From positions 49,078-113,077 of the IMG/VR virus record IMGVR_UViG_3300017991_000062: DNA of 64,000 nucleotides; one strand, written 5' to 3'. The notes beneath the pieces are model-generated. The model was given only the letters and a program-made list of their open reading frames with translations. It was not told the origin of the DNA and did no database searches. Below, piece by piece: positions 29,465 through 38,543 of the stretch. The stretch's first letter is position 1, and each line of letters begins with the position of its first letter. Both the position numbers and the translations under genes were made by a program. This DNA comes from a virus.

Positions 29465-30646
29465 ATGCCGAAGACGAAGAAGAAGGTGGATCTGGACCGT
29501 CTGCGCCAGTACAAGCGCGACCGGGCCACGGGGAAGTTCCTGAACATCCCCGAGGGCGACTCGCTCGTGTACCTGGCACCCCCGGCCCGCGACGACTGGG
29601 ACCTGCCGTTCCTGGAGACGGCGGTTCACTACGGGCTCGGCGGGACCATCATGTGTCTCAACCCCGACAAGAACCCACTCCTCCAGGACGAGGAGTTCCT
29701 GCGCCTGTGCAAGAAGCTGAAGATCGACGTCAGCGGCCCGTGCCCGGTGTGCCAGGTGCTCCAGGGCAAGCCGGGGCAGCCCGGCCTCTGGGACACCGAC
29801 AAGGACGCGGCCCGCAAGATCAAGGTCAGCCCGCGCTTCCTGCTCGCCGCGGCCATCATGTACACCCGCAAGGACTCGACCGACGCCTGGTCGGCGCGCG
29901 AGAGCTTCGACCTCAAGCCCTTCTCCATCGGGAAGAAGGTGTGGGAGGCCATCGTCGACCAGTTCCTCGACCAGGACGCCGACCTCACCGACCCGCTGGA
30001 GGCGGTGCTGGTCATGATCCATCGCGAGGGCACCGGCATCAGCTCCCAGTACAACGTGAAGATCGACCCCAAGAGCAGCAAGAAGCCGCTCCGCATGTCC
30101 AAGGCGGCCCGCGCCGACCTGCGCGACATGCTCGCCTCGGGTGCCGAGTGCGACCCCTACACCCTGGCCCTCGACTGGGTGAAGCCGGCCGACGGGATGA
30201 GCGCGCTGCTCGACGGGCTCGACGTGGACGAGGACGAGGAGGAGGACGAGGAGGAGCCTCCGCGTGGCCGTGGCCGCTCCACCCGCCGCACCCGCCGCGA
30301 GGAGGACGAGGACGAGGACGAGGAGGACGAGGACGAGCCCGAGGACGACGACGCGGGCGAGCGCCCCTCCTGCTTCGGCCTGGACTACGAGGCCGACGAC
30401 GAGGACTGCCAGGAGTGCGGCCACAAGGGGCCGTGCGCCAAGAAGTCGGGCGCCGAGGAGCCCGAGGACGACGAGGCCGAGGAGGAGCCCGAGGACGACG
30501 GCGAGGAGGAGGACGACGAGGACCTCGCCGACCTGGAGGCCGCGCTGGACGAGAAGGCCGGCAAGAAGAAGGGCAAGGGCAAGCCCAAGAAGAAGGGCGC
30601 CAAGGGCAAGGGCGGCAAGGGCCGCACCCGGCGCCGGCCGTCGTAG
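29465..30646 (+). CDS. gp32-like single-stranded DNA-binding protein
   Basis: VHY...C...CPVC, IGKKVW, DLTDP, I.REGTG...YNV; long acidic tail. Confidence 0.75.
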   Translation: MPKTKKKVDLDRLRQYKRDRATGKFLNIPEGDSLVYLAPPARDDWDLPFLETAVHYGLGGTIMCLNPDKNPLLQDEEFLRLCKKLKIDVSGPCPVCQVLQGKPGQPGLWDTDKDAARKIKVSPRFLLAAAIMYTRKDSTDAWSARESFDLKPFSIGKKVWEAIVDQFLDQDADLTDPLEAVLVMIHREGTGISSQYNVKIDPKSSKKPLRMSKAARADLRDMLASGAECDPYTLALDWVKPADGMSALLDGLDVDEDEEEDEEEPPRGRGRSTRRTRREEDEDEDEEDEDEPEDDDAGERPSCFGLDYEADDEDCQECGHKGPCAKKSGAEEPEDDEAEEEPEDDGEEEDDEDLADLEAALDEKAGKKKGKGKPKKKGAKGKGGKGRTRRRPS

Positions 30647-30664
30647 GCCACACCCTCCCCCACT

Positions 30665-30704
30665 GGGCGCCCCGGTCGGCCGCTGTGCCGACCGGGGCTT
30701 GCCC
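30665..30704 (+). terminator. GC-rich stem-loop between SSB and recA
   Basis: gccccggtcggc/gccgaccggggc stem; no U-tract. Confidence 0.5.
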
Positions 30705-30718
30705 GTCAAGGAGCACGC

Positions 30719-31789
30719 ATGGCACCACGGAAAAAGACGGCTCGCAAGCGGCCGTCCAGCTCGAAGTCCCTCGCCCGCGAATTGGTCGACGCCGATGCCA
30801 GCCTGCTCGTCGGCGCCACTGCGAAGGAGGCCCTGGCCCTGCGCGGTGTCATCCCCACCGGCATCGTCACGCTCGACATCGCCACTGGCATCGGCGGCCT
30901 TCCGATGGGTCGCCTGTCTATGATTCAGGGCGCCGAGGGTGGCGGGAAGACGACGTTCGCCCTGTCGTGCTGCGCGTCGGTGCAGCAGATGGGCGGTGTC
31001 GCGGTCTACTACGATCCCGAGCGCAAGCTGCTCGGTTCCTTCGCGGAGAACATCGGCGTCGACCTGGATGCGGTGGTGTACCACAAGCCGTTGACGATGG
31101 AGGCGATGGCGCTCAAGCTGGTGCAGGTGCTCAACCGCACGAAGAACATGAGCCGCGACCGGGGCAAGGACGTCCCGGTGCTCGTGGTGGTGGACAGCAT
31201 CACTGCGCTGAAGACCGGCCTCGACACCAGCCTGGAGAAGATGGTGGACGAGGGCACCGCGCCCCGGGTCGGTGCGCTGGCGGCCATCATGTCGGCCACC
31301 CTGCGCGACGTGCTGCCGGCCCTGGAGAACAGCCCGGTCGCCCTCCTGTTCGTGTCGCAGCTCCGCACGAAGCTGACCAGCTTCGGCGCACAGCAAGACA
31401 CCACCTGCGGCAACGCGCCCAAGTTCTACAGCACCGTCATCATCCAGGCGCGCCCCGACATCGCCCGGGAGAGCGGGAAGAAGGTGGGCCACCGTGTCGA
31501 GTGCGAGGTGGTGAAGAACCAGGTGGCGGCACCGTTCCGCCGCGGCTACTTCGAGATCCTGGGCAAGCGGGGCATCGACAAGGAGCGGGCGCTGCTCGAT
31601 GCCTCTGTCGAGTTGGGCCTGGCAAAGAAGTCGAAGAAGGGGGGCTGGTTCACCTACGGGACCGCCCTGGACGAGCTGAAGGTGCAGGGCTCGCGCGGGC
31701 TGCGGGTGAAGTCCCGCAAGGAGCCTGACGCTGACTGGCCCGGCCGCATCCGCAAGGCGGTCATGGAGGCCGCCGAGGAGGAGCGATGA
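30719..31789 (+). CDS. recA: RecA recombinase
   Basis: PTGIVTLDIATGIGGLPMGR, GAEGGGKTT, VVVDSITAL, SQLR, KFYS, VVKNQVAAPFR. Confidence 0.95.
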   Translation: MAPRKKTARKRPSSSKSLARELVDADASLLVGATAKEALALRGVIPTGIVTLDIATGIGGLPMGRLSMIQGAEGGGKTTFALSCCASVQQMGGVAVYYDPERKLLGSFAENIGVDLDAVVYHKPLTMEAMALKLVQVLNRTKNMSRDRGKDVPVLVVVDSITALKTGLDTSLEKMVDEGTAPRVGALAAIMSATLRDVLPALENSPVALLFVSQLRTKLTSFGAQQDTTCGNAPKFYSTVIIQARPDIARESGKKVGHRVECEVVKNQVAAPFRRGYFEILGKRGIDKERALLDASVELGLAKKSKKGGWFTYGTALDELKVQGSRGLRVKSRKEPDADWPGRIRKAVMEAAEEER

Positions 31790-32994
31790 AGCGCGACCGC
31801 CGGTTTCTGGTATTCAGCGACCTCCATGCCGATAACAACCTGCCGATGAGCACCTACGACGCGGCCGGGGTCAGTAACCGGCTGCACGACACCATCGAGA
31901 CGCTGACCCAGGTGTGGCGGCTGGCCGAAGAGCAGAAGGTCGAGGCGATCCTGTTCCTCGGTGACCTGTTCAACCGGCCGCGCCCCGACGCGACCACGGT
32001 GACGCTCATCTCGCGCGCCCTGGCCGACCTCCAAGGCATGTACGCTGCGCCCCTGGTGATGCTGCCTGGGAACCACGACGCCGGCACCCGCCGGTCGCTG
32101 TTCACCACGGTCGACTTCTTCGGTGCCGTGCGCCTCCCGAACACCGTGGTCATCCGCGACCTCGATCCCGACGACCCCCACGCGCCTCTCGGGTGGGAGT
32201 CAGAGAAGCTCTACTTCGTGGGCAAGCGCTACGACCGCCCCGACGAGTCTCTCGCCAGGCTGCGCGAGCTGTTCACGCAGGTCGGTTCCGACATGGGTTC
32301 GACGGTGCTGCTCCTGCACCACGACATCGCAGGCGGCCGGGTCGGATCGTGGTCGCCGACCGACGCGCTGCCCCTGGAGCTGTTCAAGGGCTTCCCCCTG
32401 GTGTTGTCGGGCCACTACCATCAGCCCCAGGTCATCTACCCCGACGGTGAGCGGGTGTGGCCCGCAGCCGACGAGGAGCTGGTGGAGTTTGGTCCGCTGG
32501 AGCCCGGGACGGTGGTGTACGTCGGCTCGCCGCAGCAACACGACTTCGGGGACTGCGGCGGTGCCCGAGGGGCGTGGGTGCTCACGCATAGCCGGCGTGG
32601 AAAGCTCAAGCTCGACTTCCACAACCTGTTCCGCCCCACCTTCGCAGAGGCCAGCTTCGCGCACACCGACCCGCCGGCCAAGGTGGCGCGCATGTTCGAG
32701 GAGGCTGCCGACTACGTGAAGCTGAAGGTGGTCGGCCCGAAGCACGGGCTCGACAGCCTGGAGCGTGGCGCCTACGAGGCCGCGGTGCGGGCGGCCATCG
32801 ACCACGACCCACGCTCCTTCAAGTGGGAGCTACAGGTGGAGGCCCACCACACGAAGCGGGCTGACCTGGACTCGCACCTCGGGATCGACGCCCTGCTCGA
32901 CGCCTACGTCAACAGCGGCTCCGTGAACCTGGGCGACCTGGACCCGGCCGACGTGCTCGCCTACGGCCGGGCGATGCTGGAGGAGGTGCGCTGA
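31786..32994 (+). CDS. sbcD: SbcD/Mre11 (gp47-like) nuclease
   Basis: SDLH, GDLF, PGNHD, SGHYH, YVGSP.QHDFGD. Confidence 0.9.
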   Translation: MKRDRRFLVFSDLHADNNLPMSTYDAAGVSNRLHDTIETLTQVWRLAEEQKVEAILFLGDLFNRPRPDATTVTLISRALADLQGMYAAPLVMLPGNHDAGTRRSLFTTVDFFGAVRLPNTVVIRDLDPDDPHAPLGWESEKLYFVGKRYDRPDESLARLRELFTQVGSDMGSTVLLLHHDIAGGRVGSWSPTDALPLELFKGFPLVLSGHYHQPQVIYPDGERVWPAADEELVEFGPLEPGTVVYVGSPQQHDFGDCGGARGAWVLTHSRRGKLKLDFHNLFRPTFAEASFAHTDPPAKVARMFEEAADYVKLKVVGPKHGLDSLERGAYEAAVRAAIDHDPRSFKWELQVEAHHTKRADLDSHLGIDALLDAYVNSGSVNLGDLDPADVLAYGRAMLEEVR

Positions 32995-34952
32995 TGCTGC
33001 GGCTACTCGAAGTTCGGTTCAGTGGCTTCCTGGCCTATTACGAGCAGCAACGGCAGCGGCTCTCTGACCTGGGGCTGTGCCTCATCATCGGGGAGAACCG
33101 CCAGGCCGGCGGCTCGGACTCCAACGGGGCCGGCAAGACCACCATCTACGACGCGGTGACCTGGGCGCTCTACGGCGAAACCGTCACCGGGGAGAAGACG
33201 GAGGAGGTGCTGCACCGCGAGGCGGCATCGGCGCAGGTGGACCTCGACATTGAGGACGAGACGGCGGGGCGGCAGTATCGCATCACCAGGGTCCGCAAGC
33301 GCAAGGGCGGCGGTGAACTGGGGCTGCGCGACATCACCGACCTCGACGACGTGGTGGACCTCACCGAGTCCACGATGGCGGCAACGCAGGAGCGCATCAT
33401 CTCCATCGTGGGGCTCGACTCGCTGGCCTTCCGCACCTGTATCCTCTTCGGGCAGGGCGAGTCCAAGCGGTTCGGCTCCGACGCGACCACGGACGGCGAG
33501 CGCAAGGCCATCTTCCGGTCGGTGACCAGGATGGGGGTGTGCGAGGACGCCCGCAAGGCGACCGCGACCAAGCGGCGCGAGCTGGAGAACCGGCTCGCCG
33601 ACCTGGAGCAGGAGAAGCGGCACCTGAATGACCAGTTCGACCAGGCGAGCGACGACCTGGAACGGACCCGCGAGCAGCACGAGGACTGGAACGCTGGTGC
33701 CGACGAGCGGGTCGCCGCCGACCAGGCCAAGCTCGACCGGCTCCTGGAGCGCGTGGACGAGGCCGACGGGGTGGACGACGAGCTGGCCGAGCTGGACGAG
33801 GCGGTCGAGGCGGCCGAAGCGCGGGTGGAACGGCTGGACGCCCTCAACGCCCGGTACGAGGAGGCTCGGGAGCAGGTGCGGGCGGCCGACAAGGTCATCA
33901 ACGATGCCGAGCTGGAGGGTCGCACGGCTACGGCCGACCTCCGCGCGGCCAAGGCCAGCCTGACCGAGTTGCTGGAGCAGGCCAAGGCCGGCCGGTGTGG
34001 CACCTGTGGCTCCGACCTGGCCGACGAGGACAATACCGGCTTCATCCTGGAGCAGAAGCGGCGCAAGGACGCGGTCGAGGCTGCGATGGACGCCCTGGTG
34101 GAGGCCAACGAGGCAATCGAGGCGGCGCAGGACGCCGGAAAGGGGTGTACGGCTGCCGCATCCTCGCTGTGGGAGGAGATCGAGGCTCTGGACGACCCCA
34201 AGGCCGAGTTGACCCGGCTCGGGCGGCAGCGGGCGGATCTGGCGGCCAAGGCCGGCCAACTCGACGCGCTGCGTCAGCAGGCCGACGAGCTGGAGCAGCG
34301 CATCAAGGAGGAGCGGGCGCGCCCGAGCCCCCACAAGGAGGCCATCACCCGGCTCAAGACCAGGCGTGGCAAGCTGCGCCGCAAGCTCGGCCGGGCCGAG
34401 GCCCTGGCCAGCGAGGTCACGGCCGAGCTGGAGCTGGCGACCTTCTGGTCGAAGGGGTTCAGCACCCGCGGCGTCCAGAGCTTCGCCATCGATCACATCC
34501 TGCCGCGGCTCACCAGCGCGAGTCAGGAGTACCTGGACGCCCTGTCCAGCGGCGACCTCCAGATCGAGTTCGACACCGTGGCCAAGCTGAAGTCGCGCAA
34601 GGACGAGGTGAGGGACAAGTTCAGCATCAACACCCGCATCGAGGGCCACCTGGGCATGAAGGTGAGTGGGGCGCAGAAGACCAAGGTGGCGCTCTCCGCG
34701 TCGTTCGGGTTGTCGGACCTGGTAGCCGAGCGCGAGGGCGCGGCTCTCGATTGCTACTTCCTGGACGAGGTGTTCGACGGGCTCGATCCCACTGGCAAGG
34801 ATCGGCTCCTGGAGCTGCTCCAACTGCTCCGCAGCCGGCGGTCTACGATCCTCGCCGTGTCGCACGACCCCGACGTCGCCAGGCACTTTGACCACGTCAT
34901 CCGCGTGGTGCGCGAGGACGGCCGCTCACGGCTGGAGGGAGGCCCGAAGTGA
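32994..34952 (+). CDS. sbcC: SbcC/Rad50 (gp46-like) ATPase
   Basis: NGAGKTT, coiled coil with CGTCG hook, SGAQ signature, LDEVFDGLD, VSH. Confidence 0.92.
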   Translation: MLRLLEVRFSGFLAYYEQQRQRLSDLGLCLIIGENRQAGGSDSNGAGKTTIYDAVTWALYGETVTGEKTEEVLHREAASAQVDLDIEDETAGRQYRITRVRKRKGGGELGLRDITDLDDVVDLTESTMAATQERIISIVGLDSLAFRTCILFGQGESKRFGSDATTDGERKAIFRSVTRMGVCEDARKATATKRRELENRLADLEQEKRHLNDQFDQASDDLERTREQHEDWNAGADERVAADQAKLDRLLERVDEADGVDDELAELDEAVEAAEARVERLDALNARYEEAREQVRAADKVINDAELEGRTATADLRAAKASLTELLEQAKAGRCGTCGSDLADEDNTGFILEQKRRKDAVEAAMDALVEANEAIEAAQDAGKGCTAAASSLWEEIEALDDPKAELTRLGRQRADLAAKAGQLDALRQQADELEQRIKEERARPSPHKEAITRLKTRRGKLRRKLGRAEALASEVTAELELATFWSKGFSTRGVQSFAIDHILPRLTSASQEYLDALSSGDLQIEFDTVAKLKSRKDEVRDKFSINTRIEGHLGMKVSGAQKTKVALSASFGLSDLVAEREGAALDCYFLDEVFDGLDPTGKDRLLELLQLLRSRRSTILAVSHDPDVARHFDHVIRVVREDGRSRLEGGPK

Positions 34953-35118
34953 TGTGCAAGTACCTGAAGATGATGCTCGGCCTGGGCGCCATGTCGGCCG
35001 CGGCGACGGCGTTCATGCTGGCCGAGGTGGTGGAGCGCGTGGCCCAGGCCATCGCGGACGGTGCCGACGTGGTGGATTACATCCTCGACGGCAAGTATGA
35101 CGACTGGAGGGTCCAGCG

Positions 35119-35766
35119 GTGAGCCCGACCCGCAAGCGGCCGAAGAAGCCCAAGGGCAGGGCGCAACCCAGGTCGGCGGCCACCACCGGCACCGGCAAGG
35201 GCGGCGTCTTCGAGCGAGCTGTCGCGCTCGCCCTGTCGCTGTGGTGGGGCGACGAGAAGGGCCTCCACCATACCGAGCGGAGCTTCCGTCGCACGCCCGG
35301 CAGCGGCGGCATCGACCCGCACGAGTGGCCCGGCGATGTGATGCCCACCCGGCGCTTCGCCCACCTGTGGCCGCTCGTGATCGAGTGCAAGGCCCGCGAC
35401 AGCGAGTTCGGCGACCTCATCGAGCTACTGACCGCGCCCGGCCACAAGCTCTTCGAGTGGATGGACCAGGCGCAGCGGGACGCCCAAGGCGTCGGCCGGT
35501 GGTGGTGGCTCGTGGTGCGCCGTGTTCACTATCCGTGGCTCCTGTTCCAGGACTGGAGGACGTGGCAGCGGCTCACCGGAGAGATGAGCGAGGGGAGCCC
35601 GATGGACGGCGAGCCATTCTTTCGGTTCAGGCGGCCGGGGCCTAGCGCCAGATTCGTGTCTATCTGCCGGTTCGATCCGTTCCTTGAGTCGATCACACCA
35701 GACGCCCTGTGCAGGGCGCTTCCGATCCGGGAGACGAGATATGAGCAGCCGCGACGACGGAGGTAG
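35119..35766 (+). CDS. Holliday junction resolvase (Hjc-like PD-(D/E)xK)
   Basis: KG..FER.VA...TPGSG...GD...IECK. Confidence 0.75.
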   Translation: MSPTRKRPKKPKGRAQPRSAATTGTGKGGVFERAVALALSLWWGDEKGLHHTERSFRRTPGSGGIDPHEWPGDVMPTRRFAHLWPLVIECKARDSEFGDLIELLTAPGHKLFEWMDQAQRDAQGVGRWWWLVVRRVHYPWLLFQDWRTWQRLTGEMSEGSPMDGEPFFRFRRPGPSARFVSICRFDPFLESITPDALCRALPIRETRYEQPRRRR

Positions 35767-36760
35767 GCGGCCCGCGATCCTGGTCGACGGGCTCAATGTG
35801 CTCTACCGCGGGGCATTCGCGATGCTCCACGGCGGGACTGGGCTATCGGTCGCGCTCGACGGGGAGGAGACCGCCACCGGGGCGGCCTACCGGATGCTCC
35901 GTACCCTGGTCGAAGTGGCGGCCAGCTACGGCGCCCTCCCGGTGGTCTGTTGGGACCCCATCGGCGGCCGGGAGTCGCTGGTGCGGCACAAGCGCTGCAA
36001 GGACTACAAGGCCGGCCGCGAGCCCAAGAACGAACTCGACCGCGACTTCCACCGCGAGGTCCACGACCAGCGGCGGCTCCTGAACGACCTGCTCATCAAG
36101 ATGGGGGTGTGGCAGGCTGTAGCGACGAAGGGGTGGGAGGCTGACGACGTCATCGCCACGCTGGCCCGCCGGCTGCACCGAGGCGGCCCGGTGTTCATCC
36201 TGTCGAACGATAAGGACATGCTCCCGCTGATACAGCTCGACGGCGTCAGCGTCATCAACATCGGCTCGAAGAAGGCGCAGCCCGGCGAGCGCTACGAGCG
36301 CCGTGACCGGGCGTGGTGGGATGAGAAGTACCCCGACACGGCGCCGGGGCAGTGGCTCCAGATGCGGGCGCTGATGGGCGACCGGAGCGACGGCATCGCC
36401 GGGGTGAAGGGCATCGGCGAGGTGTGGGCCTACAAGCTCATCCGTGCCTACGGCAACGCGGTCACGGCGGTGGACTTCGCGGAGAGTATCGAGGCCGACG
36501 ACGGCACGAGCACCGGCCACTTGTCCGGCCCGCTCAAGACGGCGAAGGGCGTCAGGAAGAAGCTGCTCGGGCAGCGGCCCACGGTGGAGTCGGCGCTGGA
36601 CCTGCTGAAGCTGAACGAGAAGGCGCCGTTCACCTGGTATGACCGCGAGCATGACCGCAAGGCGGCGACCCGCGAGCTGCGCCGGCTGCGCTTCAAGTCG
36701 TTCCTCGCCGGCACGCTGCGCCGGCAGTTCGCAGACCTGCTCGCAGCCTGCGCGGCGTAG
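35741..36760 (+). CDS. 5'-3' exonuclease (Pol I 5' nuclease/FEN family)
   Basis: LVDG, YKAGR, EADDVI, SNDKD, LMGDRSDGIAGVKGIG. Confidence 0.92.
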   Translation: MSSRDDGGRRPAILVDGLNVLYRGAFAMLHGGTGLSVALDGEETATGAAYRMLRTLVEVAASYGALPVVCWDPIGGRESLVRHKRCKDYKAGREPKNELDRDFHREVHDQRRLLNDLLIKMGVWQAVATKGWEADDVIATLARRLHRGGPVFILSNDKDMLPLIQLDGVSVINIGSKKAQPGERYERRDRAWWDEKYPDTAPGQWLQMRALMGDRSDGIAGVKGIGEVWAYKLIRAYGNAVTAVDFAESIEADDGTSTGHLSGPLKTAKGVRKKLLGQRPTVESALDLLKLNEKAPFTWYDREHDRKAATRELRRLRFKSFLAGTLRRQFADLLAACAA

Positions 36761-36773
36761 GGAGGCACAGACG

Positions 36774-37382
36774 ATGGAACCGATGGAGCTGGACAAGCTC
36801 GACCGGGTGCGCGCCATGTTGCAGGGCTGCCAGCTCTGCGGCGAGCTGGCCTCGCACCGTCGCCGGGTGGTGTTCGGCGAGGGGCCGCACGACGCCCGCT
36901 GGATGGTGCTCGGTGAGGCGCCGGGCAAGGACGAGGACTTTCGTGGCATCCCGTTCATCGGCCGGGCTGGTCGTAAGGTGTGCCTGGCGATGGACGACGT
37001 GGGGCTCGATGCTGACGACGCCTTCTGGTTCAACGTGCTGTGCTGCCACCCGCCGAAGAACCGCAACCCGAGGGCCGATGAGGTGGCCAACTGTCGTGAG
37101 CGGCTGGAGCTGACGGTCTGCCTGGTGCAGCCCGACGTCATCCTCACCCTGGGCTTGCCGGCTGCTCGCGCGGTGCTCGGACCGGTGGCCAAGGGCCAGT
37201 CGATGCACAAGCTGCGAGGCAAGTTGGTCGATGCCGAGTTCCGCACTCGCAAGCGCGAACACTACTGCCGGATCTTGCCGACATACCATCCAGCGTATAT
37301 CCTACGGCCTGACGGTCGAAGAGAGGAGTCGGTGTGGCGAGAAGACCTCGCACGGCTCCGCGAGCTGGTGGAGGGGAGATGA
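36774..37382 (+). CDS. Uracil-DNA glycosylase, family 4
   Basis: CxxC, VFGEG, GEAPG..ED..G.PF.GRAG, TYHPAY. Confidence 0.9.
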   Translation: MEPMELDKLDRVRAMLQGCQLCGELASHRRRVVFGEGPHDARWMVLGEAPGKDEDFRGIPFIGRAGRKVCLAMDDVGLDADDAFWFNVLCCHPPKNRNPRADEVANCRERLELTVCLVQPDVILTLGLPAARAVLGPVAKGQSMHKLRGKLVDAEFRTRKREHYCRILPTYHPAYILRPDGRREESVWREDLARLRELVEGR

Positions 37383-37672
37383 GATACAAGGTCATCGCCG
37401 AGCGGCTGGCACCGCGCGACCAGGACACGCTCCGGGAGTTGCGGCAGGCCAAGGCCGAGGCCGAGGCTGCTACGGCCAAGGTGACCGCAACTCGGGCGCG
37501 ACTGTGGCGCGACCTCCAGGCTACCTTCGACCTCGACCTGGACACCTTCCACTATCGCATCGACGCGGCTGGCCGGTTGGTGCAGGTGGGAAGTGACTCG
37601 GTTGACGCGACCGAGGAGCAGAGCACCGCTGTCGCCGCCATGCTCGCGCTGGACAGCGAATCGAGGCACTAG
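37379..37672 (+). CDS. Hypothetical protein
   Basis: Overlapping start/stop with UDG; RBS present. Confidence 0.5.
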   Translation: MRYKVIAERLAPRDQDTLRELRQAKAEAEAATAKVTATRARLWRDLQATFDLDLDTFHYRIDAAGRLVQVGSDSVDATEEQSTAVAAMLALDSESRH

Positions 37673-37681
37673 GAGGGCAAC

Positions 37682-38428
37682 GTGCACACCGACATCGTTC
37701 GCGAGCTAGAGGCGAGGCTGGTTGACCTGGGCGCGGTGTGGATGCCGACCCCGAATGTGGGCGGCCGGTTCCTTGCCTCGGACCCCATCGGCATCGTCAT
37801 CCACTACACGGGCGGTCCTCATGGCACCGCTGCGAAGTGGCTCTGCAACCCGAAGGCAAAGGCGAGTGCTACCCTGGTCATCCAGCGCGACGGTGGTCTG
37901 TACTGGCTCGTCAACCTGGACCGGATCGCGTGGCACGCTGGTCGGTCGGAGCTTCACGGCCGCTACGGCTGCAATGACTTCACCTGGGGTATCGAGCTGG
38001 AGAACTGGGGACCGATTGTGCGGCGCGGTGATGGATACTACGTCTGGCCGCCTGTGAAGGACGGGGTGCCCCAGTTCCAGCGGCGCTTCAGCGGTGGCGA
38101 GGTGCGCCACTACCCCGAGCATCGCGAGTACGAGTTCTGGGAGGGCTACACCGAGGCCCAGATCGGCAAGCTCAACCAGGTGCTTCAGGCGCTCCTGTGG
38201 CCGTCGCTTATCAACGGCCCGCTCTTTCCCCGCGAGAGCATCGTCGGGCACGAGCACGTCTCGCCAGGCCGCAAGCTCGACCCTGGTCCGGCCTTCCCGT
38301 GGCGCGATGTGCTGCGCGAGGCGTACCACGGAAGCATCGCCGTCGCTGACCTGGACAAGGCCCTGGACGACGAGAGCGACGAAGCGTTCTTCGCCGCGAT
38401 GGGTGCCAAGCCAATCGACCGGAGATGA
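37682..38428 (+). CDS. N-acetylmuramoyl-L-alanine amidase (Amidase_2; probable endolysin)
   Basis: IVIHYT, AWHAG.S, GIELEN, VGHEHVSPGRKLDPGP.FPW. Confidence 0.9.
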   Translation: MHTDIVRELEARLVDLGAVWMPTPNVGGRFLASDPIGIVIHYTGGPHGTAAKWLCNPKAKASATLVIQRDGGLYWLVNLDRIAWHAGRSELHGRYGCNDFTWGIELENWGPIVRRGDGYYVWPPVKDGVPQFQRRFSGGEVRHYPEHREYEFWEGYTEAQIGKLNQVLQALLWPSLINGPLFPRESIVGHEHVSPGRKLDPGPAFPWRDVLREAYHGSIAVADLDKALDDESDEAFFAAMGAKPIDRR

Positions 38429-38543
38429 GGCGAGGGGGGTAGCAGAGTAGAGGTCGCTTGGAATGGGTGCAGGCCGTGGGGGCTGTGCTCTGTGCACTCT
38501 GCTCATTTGTCGGGATCTGGTTACTGACGGGAGGGAATAGAAG

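Noticed and set aside
25169-31789. Inteins or introns in dnaE and recA
   Set aside because: Protein lengths and motif spacing are normal; no intein splice motifs seen.
14072-34895. Long minus-strand ORFs (e.g. 14072-17068, 19172-21568, 25238-27763, 33003-34895)
   Set aside because: Antisense shadows of well-supported + strand genes in high-GC DNA; no motifs or RBS support.
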